A stretch of DNA of 64,000 bases from Phoronis australis (Eukaryota; Animalia; Phoronida). Within the stretch, counting starts at the first letter, position 1; every line of letters begins with the position of its first letter. The notes beneath the pieces are model-generated. The model was not told the origin of the DNA and ran no database searches. It saw only the letters and a list, made by a program, of their open reading frames with translations. Positions 47,601 through 59,319 of this stretch are shown in pieces. A program made the position numbers and the translations under genes. The stretch lies in contig NMRA01000353.1 in the NCBI GenBank assembly GCA_002633005.1, positions 411,532 to 475,531 of the forward strand, in the 5' to 3' direction.

Positions 47601-50600
47601 CTTGCACTGTGGGGGGGTCTCTTTTCATCTGAGTGAAAAATTAAATATTGAGACCAGTACTGTAGTGCTCGCTACTTTAAATGAAATCTTGAGACCAGTT
47701 GTGTAGTGCTGAGTGCTTTGAATCAAATATTGAGACCAGTTGTGTTGTGTTCACTGCTTTAAATCAAATATTGAGACCAGTTATGTAGTGCTCAGTGCTT
47801 TAAGTCAAATATTAAATTAAAACCTTTTGGCTGGAGGGCACGCCCATTAGCATCTTTAAGTGCATGTCATGTGACCAATATTCGTGTCTTGAATTTTTAG
47901 ACAATGCTGGGTGAATTTTCCAAAGAGCAAGAGAAGTTTGTTCATGGCAACAGAGAGAAACAGAAACGATCAGAGGCTGCCGTTCCCCCCTGGGTGGGCT
48001 ATAATGAGGAGGAGGCCATGAAGACACAGATTCTGGCTCTGTCTTTGGTAGGTACTGGTTACTGTATCCTTCAAATTAAGACACATACACTAGTTTTGTG
48101 TTTGATAGATACTCGTGTCCTCTGCACTAACACGTAGATGCAGGCTGTTTTTGGTAGACAATGATGCCTGTGTCCTCCGTACTAACAATCAGATACTGTC
48201 TGTCTTTGGTAGGTACTGGTTACCCTGTCCTTCACACTAAGACAAAGACTGTCTTTGGTAGGCACTGGTTACTGTGTCCTCCATGCAAAGACAAAGATCC
48301 TGGTTCAGTGTTTGGTAGACACTGCTGCCTGTATCCTCCATATTAGGAATCAGATACTGTCTGTCTTTGGTAGGTTCTGGTTACTGTGTCCTTCACACTT
48401 AGACTCTGTCTGCCTTTGGTATGAACTGTTTATTGTGCCCTCTGTACTAAGACACCGTAACTGCCTCTGTCTTTGGTAGGCTGTGGTCACTGTGTCCTCT
48501 ATACTAAGACACACATATTGTCTGTCTCTGGTAGGTTCTGGTCACTGTGTCCTCTATACTAATACACACATACTGCCTGTCTCTGGTAGGTTCTGGTCAC
48601 TGTGTCCTCTATACTAAGACACACATACTGCCTGTCTCTGGTAGGCTCTGGTTACTATGTCTTCCATTTTAAGTATTCACACTATCATAACTCTCTACTC
48701 TTAAGGTCTGTTTGATGTAATAATAATACAGAAGGTATTCATTGTTACTTGTAATGTTTTAGTATTTTTGTTGCACTTCTAGCAATTAGTTTCATGTAAT
48801 TAGTTTGAAATTCAATTTTTCTATGTACCATGAATTACACAGTTATTTGACAGTCCTGTGAGAGAAATTTTAATCATCATTATCTGTTCATTAGGACAAA
48901 AGGAACTTCTTGCGAAACCCCCCATCAGGAGTCCAATTTCAGTTTGACTTTGAAGCTGTGCAGCCTGTAGCCAAAGCTACTCTTGAAGAAGATTCAGAAT
49001 TAGTGAAGATGAGATTTGAACTGGTTCCCAAACAGTGAGTTGTACATGCCCTTTCATATAACGACCAGGTTGATCATGCTTCTTTCATCAATGAATTCAT
49101 GTCAGATGTTAGTTTAACTTCATTTGTTTTAATCTTACTCTGTAGTAGTTGAGCTTACACGAGACAAATACACGATTATTTTTTGATTGTGTGCTTTAAG
49201 AACAAGTAATTCTATAATTTTGATTTGATTTTTCCTCGTAAATGCAGTCTGAGATAAGATTCCTTGTACCCTGATTACATTATACTGGATAAGGGTGTCA
49301 TATGATTCTGCTTGTTCCTGGTTTGTTTAACACAGCAACTTGCATTAGGCATTCCATTTGTTTCTTGAACAACTTAATATGGTAACATTCTGTCGAATCT
49401 CACTAAGTTTCCAATGGCCGAGTAAATGGGACACGTACGAATTCTTTTTAAATTTCAGAGTGAATGAAGAGCATTTCTGGAGGAATTACTTTTACCGGGT
49501 ATCACTCATCAAACAGTCAACGCAGCTGACCTCGCTGGCTGAGCAAACAGGCAAATGCTCTTTATGATTAATTAAATGCTTACTGATGCTTTCAATGACC
49601 CCAGTATTTAAAGATATGTGGGTGTATATTGCTGTCATGCATACTGATGCTTTCAATGACCCCAGTATTTAAAGATATGTGGGTGTATATTGCTGTCATG
49701 CATACTGATGCTTTCAATGACCCCAGTATTTAAAGATATGTGGGTGTATATTGCTGTCATCTCTGTCTACGCATCCGGCATCTACTGTTATATATCCTGA
49801 GTCCCTTGCAGGATCTTGACAAGATTTGACATGTTTTTATTTTATGTCCCCCAGTGGAAATTTTGTGTTTTTTTTACATTAGCCTCTTTATTTTTGAAGT
49901 TTCTAGATGATTTTCATGACATTTGGCAAGTAGGTTCAGGGCTCGCTTCACCAATATACGATAGGTTGCTACAAAGTCACCACGCCACATCTGGCTGTGC
50001 ACGCTCTCAAGAAATTACACGAAGCAAGCAAATGAAACTCTGAATCGTTCCATAAACCTGGAAGGCATGTCTGCACAAGGGATATTGGGCCCGAGGGGTA
50101 AAATTGATCATCACCATCACATGCAATGTTCCGAATTTTCTGTCAGAGCCAAAAATGCTCTTCGGGCAGACTCGGTTGCACCGGCAACCCTCGGAATTTG
50201 CCGAGTTAACCAGCTTTTCACTTCATGTGCCTTGTTGTTTATTTTATTTTAGACTCTTACCAAAGAGGTTTAGTGAGTTCACTTCTCATTCGGTAACATG
50301 GTATTTTGCCTGGTCGCATTTGTCAAATTGACATTGAGCCCTGAGGTTTCTATTAATGGATGTTCATTTAAAAACAATTGAGTAGTTTTGGTGGTCCATC
50401 CCTCTGGTCAGTCAAACTGCTCAAAGGATGATTCTGGAAAGAAGCAGATGTTTCTGATGCAAAGACCTTGGCTGGCGTTGCTTTTTAGACAATTCAACTA
50501 CTGTGGCACCATCTAGTTTTTGTGGATCTGTGTCTGTTTCGCTTGAACCCTTTGCAGGAACTTTGTGAAATTAATGACTTTAAACTAGTTTTAAATTCCT

Positions 50601-53600
50601 ATCATTTTGGTTGGCTAAATGCACAGAATTTTCTATAGTTTAGCATATTAAACCTTAACATCTAGGGAATAACTTTTGGTCTTCATGTTACTAGCTAGCT
50701 GTCATGTTTTTCTGAAAAGTTGTGTCGTTCTGCTACATATCTTTCTGTCGTATTGGTCTGAAGAGGTGCCTCGTTCAGGTATTCACGTTTCAGAGTTATG
50801 ATTTCTTTAGAATCTATCCTTGGGAATATGTCTTTAAAACCATGGCTTTATGTGTTATAGGATCAACGGGAGAGATTTCATCAAGCAATAAATGTGAGGA
50901 TGGACAGGCAGAGCTGTCAGGTAAGATCATTGAATCTCTTGATTGAATTTATTATTAATGTGAGTAGGGAGGTATGTGTTCAGCGAGGGGCACACGCTGC
51001 AGTACTTCAGCAACCTGAAGGCTTGCACGTTACATTTTTACCCAATTACCAAAATGCTCCCAAACTTAAAATCTAACCTCCATTGGTTTGTTATTGGGCT
51101 GGTAATTTATACCAGTGCGTCAGTCTTTCTCACCAATTGGTTTCAGGTATTGTATTTCACTTGAAGCCACTCTTGAACTTTTGTGGAACATTAACAAAAT
51201 TGTGTTTCAGGATATTTGACGTCACTGTCACCTGTATTTAGACGGCTTTACCATACATGTGTATCCAGTGCTCTCCATGACCTATTTCAACAGGTCACCG
51301 TGACCTTTTTCATTTTGCCTCTAACCTGTTTAGATAGCACATGACACAATTGATTTTTTTTTCAGTTTGAACAAAAAAGTATCATTTTTGTATTTTCTCT
51401 ATGATATACACATGCTGCCTACTGTGGTTGTAAATGTGACCTGTTTGAGTTTTTGAGTGTGGAGAACACTCTGTGTATCCAACAAATGTTGATTTAATGG
51501 TTATTGATTCACTATGCCCTGCATGTTCACTTAGACTTTGTAATACTGGAGATTTGGGAAGAGCTCCCCGAAGGTCTTTTGGAAATGTTATGTTATTGAA
51601 GTGACCTTGCATCATAAAAGAGAATTCGGTGTTTTTGTATAAACAAGATAGTTGGATCTAAGTACTTTTCCTACCATAAGATTGTTGCAAGAATACAGAA
51701 ATGATATGCCATTTACTAACAACAGTACACCGTATTCGCCGTAATAACCGCCCAGGGCGCTTAGAAAAGTTCATTTTGGGGGGGAGCATATTATAACCCA
51801 AGGCTGTTGAAACCCGGTCTCCGAAACGAGTGAAATCGAAAGCTAAGATTCATCATATTTACGCTTTGTGACGTATCTGCAATCTATGAAAGACTTTTCT
51901 ACAAAACCATGGTGCAATGCTATCAAACTTTGCTGCTAAATTATGATCATATTACAGAAAATTTTGCTGAAATCCCAGGGCGAAAACTCGCCGACTGCCT
52001 GCCTCGCAATCGTCGATATAGCGACTTGAATGCTTGTATAAAAATACGGTTTCGACTCAAGCAAATTACCTGAAATCCTCCTTAAGTTTTCCAAGTTTGG
52101 CGTCCCTAAGATTTTTAAGTTCCCGTGGATTCTGGATCACGGCAGGTTTAAGTACAAATCTGTGCTGATATCGTGCCATCTACATGTATGATCGGCAACA
52201 TGAGACGTTTGTTTTGAAGTTGTCTGCGTTTGTGAGTAAGCGAGCGCATGCGTGTCACTAGAGTTCATTTGCCAGAGCAGTGACCGTCTTTTGGCCAGAG
52301 CCACGCAATCTAACTAACTAGATGTGCATTGTATCTAAAGAAATTTGCACAAGCAGTAGGCCTAAACCAGAGCGTCTTTCATTCAGCACTTGCCGGTCTC
52401 ATGTGCTAAAAATGTTCGACATTTGTCTCGGTAATGCCACGTTATTCGCCGTGTGGCTGGATGCGTACGTAACAATCTGACAGTTATTTTTCGGTGTAAG
52501 GGTGTGTAAGCATTCACCATCAGTGGTTATTTTATCGGATATTTGGCTTAAAAACACCAGTTATGGTTACTCAAACAATTCATTTTAAAAATAACGCAAA
52601 CATTTTTATAGTATGAGAAACTGTCGGAAATTAGTGCCAATATTCATTTCTTGCCGATGCTATGCTACCCGTTTCATGAATGGATAGTTTCCGACTAATG
52701 CCTTTGATGACAGGTTAATGTATGTAGCGCACGCTTCCTGGCCACGTGCTTTTAACACTGGCCAAGCTGTTTATTAGTCTCCCCTTCGCGGTTTTCACGT
52801 GTAGGCCTACAAAGAAATTTGGATTCCTGTTGAAAGTGGGAAATATCTACAAAGCAATCCTGTAGAAATGTACACTACTTCTGTTCTGAAAGGACAGACC
52901 ATTGGTCCTCGCAATATCAGCAGAACTTTGTGTTCATTTTGAGGCATGGCGGAAGTTTGAAGTGTATAGTCACGGCTAAATACCGACATAATGGCGAGGC
53001 TCGTGGTCTACAAATTCTGCGCACAATGATTTTTTCAGGACTGTCGGATATTATTGATAAATTGAAGACGTTACTGTAGAATTTTAGGACTGTAGGTAAA
53101 GCATTTTTCGCATGTACATGTTCATGTACTGGGCGCTTACTTTAGCAAAGTCTGAAAACGCGTGGGGGGCATGGGCGGTTATGGCGAATATGATAACAGT
53201 TTATGGTTCAAGTGAGATCAACTCCTTAAAATGGTTATTGAAACACTATAATGGTTAACTAATTGTGTGTCATGACTCTAGTCTATCTAATTACTTCCAT
53301 CTGTTCATAGAGCCAGACCCTTCACTGGATAATACGACCAACACACAATCAACAGATGAGTTTGCACCTGAGAGCCCGAGTCATGAGGCTGAGTTTGTCA
53401 GTGNAAATTTGCACAAGCAGTAGGCCTAAACCAGAGCGTCTTTCATTCAGTACTTGCCGGTCTCATGTGCTAAAAACGTTCGACATTTGTCTCGGTAACG
53501 CCACATTAGTCGCCGTGTGGCTGGATGCGTACGTAACTATCTGACAGTTATTTTTCGGTGTAAGGGTGTGTAAGCCTTCACCATCAGTGGTTATTTTATC

Positions 53601-56600
53601 GGATATTTGGCTTAAAAACACCAGTTATGGTTAATCAAACAATTCATTTTAAAAATAACGCAAACATTTTTGTAGTATGAGAAACTGTCGGAAATTAGTG
53701 CAAATATTCATTTCTTGCCGATGCTATGCTACCGGTTTCATGAATGGATAGTTTCCGACTAATGCCTTTGATGACAGGTTCATGTACGTAGCGCGTGCTT
53801 CCTGGCCACATGCTTTTAACACTGGCCAAGCTGTGTATTAGTCTCCCCTTCGCAGTTTTCACGTGTAGGCCTACAAAGAAATTTGGATTCCTGTTGAAAG
53901 CGGGAAATATCTACAAAGCAATCCCGTAGACAAGTACACTACGTCTGTTCTGAAAGGCCAGACCATTGGCCCTCGCAATAACAGCAGAACTTTGTGTTCG
54001 TTTTGAGGCATGGCGGAAGTTTGAAGTATATAGTCATGACTAAATACCGACATAATGGCGAGGCTCATGGTCTACAAATTCTGCGCACAATGGTTTTTTT
54101 CAGGACTGTCGGATATTATTGATAAATTGAAGACGTTACTGTAGAATTTTAGGACTGTAGGTAAAGCATTTTTCGCATGTACATGTTCATGTACTGGGCG
54201 CTTACTTTAGCAAAGTCTGAAAACGCGTGGGGGGCATGGGCGGTTATGGCGAATATGATAACAGTTTATGGTTCAAGTGAGATCAACTCCTTAAAATGGT
54301 TATTGAAACACTATAATGGTTAACTAATTGTGTGTCATGACTCTAGTCTATCTAATTACTTCCATCTGTTCATAGAGCCAGACCCTTCACTGGATAATAC
54401 GACCAACACACAATCAACAGATGAGTTTGCACCTGAGAGCCCGAGTCATGAGGCTGAGTTTGTCAGTGACATATATCAGGAGAGTGGTGTGAGTGAGGAA
54501 GAGTTACGCAATGAAATGCACCAGTTGGGTATGGAGGAGAAGAAACATGACCCTGTCACTGGCTCACCTCAACTTGGTTAGTGTACCTCTCATGGTTGTC
54601 TAAGAGCTGTTCTACTCAATTTTACCCATTGAAAAATATTTATTAAACCTTTGAAGCTAACCACCTGCTTCAAGTCTGAGACATTTTACGTAAAAGACCA
54701 TTTTCTGTTTTGAACATGAATTTCTAAACAACAGTAAACTGAGTTTGTGTTTAAATCATGTTTTCTTACAGTCTTGAGAGGCTGTGTCTCATATTTTATA
54801 TTTAGTACCTTCAACCAGCAGAAATGCTATCCATTAAACTCCCAACTTTAAAACTGAATGTAACATGTCTTTATTTTTGACATCTTATATCTCCATATAA
54901 GGTAAGTCAGATATTTAATACATGGTTCCCTCTGCCGTAGACAAAAATAACTTAAGTTTGGAGAATATTTAGTATCTGAATAGATAAGCAGGCCGAAAAG
55001 TAATCGTAGGATGAATGTTCATGTCACTGACTGTTAGAATATGAATAATTATAAGTTACCTTTCGGAGTCACGCAGTTTATATAGCCAACCACTAGCTTT
55101 TGGCCTCATCTTGAGACCTTTGTCAGGTGGAATGGTGGGTAAATAGAGCCGTGCCTGTGTTTGTTATGTCATAATTGTCACGAGTCGTGCAATGAAACCT
55201 CTGTTGGATCGTCTGGAAGAAGTTGATGTAGTTGGTGGGAAGATTGTAGCACTAGTCTCTGTTGTAGTGTGCCAGCGGATTTCCACCGCTTCACACATCT
55301 TTCTGCACCAATACTTGTTCTCTCTCACTAAAACGGTATCATTGTCCGAGGAGATACTTTGTGGTTTCTGGCAGCAGTGTTCACTTATCGCTGACCCAGA
55401 TCAGGTAGATGTACTCAGATGTTTCTTGATCCTAGTATGGAGGTTCCTGGCTGTCACACCCAAATGACTTGTAGACAACACCGCATTTACGGCAATCATC
55501 AGGCTTGTCCTTGGGGTGAACTAGTAGACTCCTCAGGGTGTTAAACGATTTGTGATAAGTAGCGACTTGGTGTTCACAGAAAACTTTGGTCAGTTTTTCG
55601 GAGATACTGGGGATGGACATAGGGTACTTGGGACTGTCCATGTAGGTTACGACTGGTTGTAGTCGTTGTCCCCGAGAACACTCTTGACACATTCACATTC
55701 TTTACATTGATCGTCACTTTGGGTGATGTGGTTGTCAGCTGGTTGTGAAAGAGAATGTGCCACTGACATTATGTGGTGTAAGTGATACTTAAACTTAAAG
55801 TTAAGGCATAAGTCCTTGTACATTGGTTTACAGTACACTGTCAACATGTGCTGCCATCACATGCATATATTGGTACACAATGTGTTCAATCGTTTTTTAA
55901 TGGTAGCAAATTTTGTAGAACATGTGAACGTTGCTTTTTGGAAAAAAATTCTCTCATTTTACCATGTTTGTGGATGAACTAAACTTACAATTCTTTGGCA
56001 TTTGAACAGTTGTGATTGACAGAGATTTCAATTTAGCAAAGTTTGGAGATTGTTATCAAAATTGCTGCAAACATTAATCAGTTGATGAGAATCCCCTGAT
56101 ACTGTAAAATGTAACAATTTTGTAAAATGTAACAACTGTTAATTTTAGGTTGCTAAGCCTCTGGTAAAATGTTACAAGTTGTTAAATTTTACGTAGTTGT
56201 TACATTTCACATGGAACGCACATGCGAGAAATGTACCATTGTTACATATACGAAATCCATGTCATATTGCAAAGAAAATGACCAAAATCACGAACAAGGG
56301 GTATCTGACAGGGCCATGGGGTACTGGAGTATTTTTAGACGAGGAGTGCCGTCCGAAAAATTTGAATACCTACTCGTTTAGAGAATGGGCTCGAAAAAAG
56401 TGACCCATTTAGAGATTAATTTGTGTAAAAATACATATTTTCACACACTTCTGTTACAGAAATTCAGGAAAGCCGCCTTTTAGATATAGTTTTGTTGAAA
56501 ATGGCACCCTTTTGGCTGCACTTTTCATATACATCTTCTATATGAATGACAGGAGATGACACAACACGAATTTGGCTACCAATTGTCATTTTTATTAACA

Positions 56601-59319
56601 TTACTATCACTACTGTTACTACTATTAATACTATTACTACTATTACTAGTATTACTCGTTATCGTTTTTGTTATTGTTATTATTATTATTATTATTTTTA
56701 TTAACATTTTTAAATTTATTTATTGAGGACACAATACATGTTAAACAGCCAAGTGCTAAATTAAATACATCCTGGACCTCAAAGATTTTAAAATCGTCTC
56801 ATTTATGGTTCAATGTTGTCATCAGGCTTTCCATAGTGGACAGCAAGTGGTGTTCCAAAAGGATTTCAAGGGGTTCCCATGTTCAGCCTTAACGATATTG
56901 TGAGGAACGTCTTGACAGCTGTGGATGCAGAGTAGGCCTACTTCTTAGAAACGAGGAGGTTGAGATTTAAAATCTTGTTTAGGCGTGCACCAACTTCAAA
57001 TATTGACTATTTCTGAAGTATTGGCAAGCACTGTATTATTTGTAAATTTAACTATATCCATCTGTAGTTTGCCACGAAGAACTGAATTCAGACCGCAATA
57101 TTGTCTCTGACTTGTTAAAAACATTCCTTGTCAAAGAACTGGGGATCGTTCCACGATGATGTAAGTTCAAAAATTGCGTTAAGTTGAACTCTGGAGGCAG
57201 ACATTTTTCGAGAACTACCGACTAGTCGGCTGTGGTCACCGGGTCATTTGAATAGCTGGTAACGGTGATACAAAACACGCAACGATTTTATGTGAAATGG
57301 GCCCCAATATTCTTAGAAAAGCACAGTCTGTGATTTATCAGAATTATTTGAACAAGGTTTCATTGAAAGTGGATAGCATGGAACAAAAACCGCCAACGTC
57401 GAAGTCAGCGCTGTTTACTTAGAGCATTTAATGCCATGCATCAGAAGGATTAATATAACGAATTCCCTTATCTGCGAGCTGCAACACAAAAAGGAGCGCC
57501 TCCTGAGACACGTGACTTCACATCCATTAATGATAGAATGTCCATATTTATGTGTACTTCGAACTAACGACCCTTGACCAAATAGCAATTTTAATTCACA
57601 TTATCTTAAAAGATAATGGGAAGAGAAAGTGCATGTTTTTGCAGTCCGAAAGGCCGACAGTCAGCTTTTTGGACTATTGCCCCTTTAAGCTGTCGACCTA
57701 GACCAGGTTTGAGCAAAATGATCATGTCCCTTCAGAGTGCAAAATATTTTCTATTTCCCCAGCTAGGCACCCCATTTTACGTATACACGTCAGGATTTGA
57801 CCTGTTACCACCACTATTTCAGCTTGACGTCATAGGAACAATGATATTTCTTTCATTACTATGCCGCCACTTTTTTAAGCTAATGGCTCGCCCTTCTCAA
57901 AGGCGATATTTTGCTGTTGCTTTGGCAAAATCTGTCAACCTGTCGGCAAATAAATGCGTGCTTTTATTTCCTTCCACCACAATGTCTTTAAGAAATTGTC
58001 ATTTGTAGCTAAGGTGGTAGACAGCACCAGCCAGCATCAGAAACTTTGGTTTTGCTCCTTTTGTGTGGAGCAGGTCAATTACTGCATTAGTGATGACTCC
58101 AAGGCAATAAAACACTGGCCGAAATTAACCAAACTATCTGGACTAAAACTAGTGTTTTTTCTATCAAATTGGCTTCCGAATTTGAATTCTTGAAAAATTT
58201 TGTTATTGTCATTGGTTCCCGAAGAAATACGATAAATATTAGCCAAATACGATGTCATTTTTGTTCTTACCAAGGGAAGTGTGTTTACTGTAATGTCGGA
58301 TACACAGTTGGTTTATGAGCGCCAACAAAAGATTGCAAGAACGCTTTAACAATAAAAAACTTGTCATTTGTCGTGTGGAGTTGAAACTGTACGGTGTGCA
58401 TTTTGACTATACCATAAAACTACTCATGTTAAAAATCCATGGAAAGTACATTAGGGACACATCTATAAAGTCGACCTGGCACATTTGATGGAATTTCATC
58501 CACACAATCCGAGAAAGAAGGCGTTAAATGTGTGAACGGTTTTCCTCCGTGTGACAAATATGCAAACTCATGAAATATGATGTCGCTTTCATAAATAGTA
58601 CATTTCTCGCATGTACATTCCAGGTGAATTCTAACAATTTCATAAAATGTAACAACTTGTTGCATTTTAGGAGAGGCCTAGCAACGTAAAATGTAACAAT
58701 GACATAAAATGTAACAATTGCTGCATTTTATGAAGTTGTTACATTTTACCTGTATCAGTCCCCCCAGGACATTATCATTTCTCAAAGTTTTAAGTCATCT
58801 AGTTCACGTCAAACATCTTTCACAGGTAAACATTGTTTGACACGTCATGAGTCTGCTCTATGTAATTGTCCTTCTCAATGTATACCTGGTGAACTCTGTC
58901 TGACGTCAAGGAACTCAGTTGATTGACAGTTGAGAATCAATTTAATTTTTCTGTCATTTTCACGTCCTCCCATCATTTTGCATCAAATGGGATGTAAGTA
59001 AACCTCCGTCTTATGTGCCATAAGTAAATGTACAGTTGGCCATTGTGTTCTTATAGCGTTATGTTTTATTATCTTGTCTGGTAACCAAATGGCAAAGTTC
59101 AACATATGATGAAAATCCTTGTTTAGCTTTGTTCTGTTATGGATTTTCTTCTTTGTACTTTCAATACATGTTGGTCTTCCAGACGACGACATTCCTGAAT
59201 GGGAGAAGGAGTTGCAAGCAGAACTGAACGGGTACGAAGTGATTGTGGAACTTGATGATGCTGACCTGGAGAGTCAGATCCTGCAGGAACTGGAACTGGA
59301 ACAGGAAGGGGCTAAGTAG
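41411..59319 (+). CDS. SYAP1: Synapse-associated protein 1 (SYAP1/Sap47/BSTA), BSD domain, 8 coding exons, ~387 aa
   Basis: Exons 41411-41699, 45142-45239, 47901-48047, 48895-49034, 49459-49550, 50861-50920, 54376-54576, 59183-59319; 1164 nt with consistent phases. Motifs [46 protein letters not shown] core [44 protein letters not shown]. Introns 2 and 5 use GC donors. Confidence 0.93.
41771..43419. other. Probable haplotype-overlap duplication around the single N at 42536
   Basis: 41771-42535 is nearly identical to 42655-43419, with 118 bp of unrelated sequence after the N. Confidence 0.72.
41806..42025 (+). mobile_element. tRNA-derived SINE (duplicate at ~42690-42909 across an assembly join)
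   Basis: A box TAGCTGAATGG, B box GGTTCGATCCC, body ending CCCCATAAAAA. Confidence 0.7.
45142..45239 (+). CDS. SYAP1: SYAP1 exon 2 ([33 protein letters not shown])
   Basis: TTTCCAG acceptor; 3' end placed at a GCAAGT donor from homology. Weaker phase-0 GT alternatives exist at 45180 and 45213. Confidence 0.8.
47643..47812. repeat. 41-bp tandem repeat x4
   Basis: AAATATTGAGACCAGTTGTGTAGTGCT... units upstream of SYAP1 exon 3. Confidence 0.88.
47901..48047 (+). CDS. SYAP1: SYAP1 exon 3 ([14 protein letters not shown]...AAVPPW...ILALSL)
   Basis: TTTTTAG / TTG|GTAGGT, phase 0-0. Confidence 0.95.
48021..48673 (+). repeat. Minisatellite (~12 units of ~48-57 bp) derived from the SYAP1 exon 3/intron 3 junction
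   Basis: Unit AAGACACA.AT.CTG.CTGTCTTTG|GTAGG..CTGGTTACTGTGTCCT...; unit 1 contains the true donor at 48048. Confidence 0.88.
48895..49034 (+). CDS. SYAP1: SYAP1 exon 4 ([12 protein letters not shown]...MRFELVPK), BSD domain
   Basis: ATTAG / CA|GTGAGT, phase 0-2. Confidence 0.95.
49459..49550 (+). CDS. SYAP1: SYAP1 exon 5 ([30 protein letters not shown]), BSD FW motif
   Basis: TTTCAG acceptor; CAG|GCAAAT donor (no GT between here and the in-frame TGA at 49565). Confidence 0.93.
49577..49760. repeat. 61-bp tandem repeat x3 overlapping the 5' end of a HINE-like element
   Basis: TGC.TACTGATGCTTTCAATGACCCCAGTATTTAAAGATATGTGGGTGTATATTGCTGTCA. Confidence 0.92.
49937..50343. mobile_element. hAT-like non-autonomous element with 5-bp TSD AGGTT, inserted into a HINE-like fragment
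   Basis: CAGGGCTC ... GAGCCCTG; AGGTT at 49932-49936 and 50344-50348. Confidence 0.7.
50861..50920 (+). CDS. SYAP1: SYAP1 exon 6 ([20 protein letters not shown])
   Basis: TATAG / CAG|GTAAGA; symmetric phase 1-1 exon of 60 nt, skippable without a frameshift. Confidence 0.72.
51730..53192 (-). mobile_element. Same Tc2/pogo-like TIR family, copy 3 (inverted; partly re-duplicated at 53405-54258)
   Basis: CCGTATTCGCCGTAATAACCGCCC ... GGGCGGTTATGGCGAATA; internal sequence is the reverse complement of copies 1 and 2. Confidence 0.82.
52341..54468. other. Probable false duplication at a contig join (52341-53403 vs 53405-54468, single N at 53404), includes a truncated copy of SYAP1 exon 7
   Basis: Near-identical ~1.06-kb direct repeats abutting a lone N, with scattered SNP-level differences. 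Confidence 0.8.
54376..54576 (+). CDS. SYAP1: SYAP1 exon 7 (EPDPSLD...EFVSDIYQ...EMHQLGM...)
   Basis: CATAG / G|GTTAGT, phase 1-1; EFVSD motif. Confidence 0.9.
55060..55850 (-). mobile_element. Penelope-like element 3' fragment (RT thumb, GIY-YIG endonuclease remnant, pLTR)
   Basis: TVYCKP...LNF...[10 protein letters not shown]; ISEKLTKVF...[12 protein letters not shown]...CGVVYK; SAISEHC...[12 protein letters not shown]; pLTR carries a hammerhead-like motif. Confidence 0.85.
55090..55130 (-). ncRNA. Degenerate minimal hammerhead ribozyme of the Penelope pLTR
   Basis: Minus strand CCAC-CTGACAA-A-GGTCTCA-AGA-TGAGGCC-AAAAGCTA-GTGG; stems I and II pair; core boxes CUGAnGA and GAAA each carry a G>A change. 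Confidence 0.6.
56096..58758. mobile_element. 2.66-kb unclassified TIR DNA element with 4-bp TSD TCCC
   Basis: CTGATACTGTAAAATGTAACAA ... TTGTTACATTTTACCTGTATCAG; ~170-bp imperfect TIRs built from TAAAATGTAACAA motifs; TCCC at 56092-56095 and 58759-58762. Confidence 0.78.
59183..59319 (+). CDS. SYAP1: SYAP1 last exon ([20 protein letters not shown]...GAK*)
   Basis: TTCCAG acceptor, phase 1; WEKELQxEL motif; TAG stop. Confidence 0.93.

Noticed and set aside
53311-53403. Apparent tandem duplication of SYAP1 exon 7
   Set aside because: The copy is cut exactly at a lone N and belongs to a ~1.06-kb overlap with SNP-level differences. The same pattern occurs at three other single-N joins, so it is most likely an allelic contig overlap.
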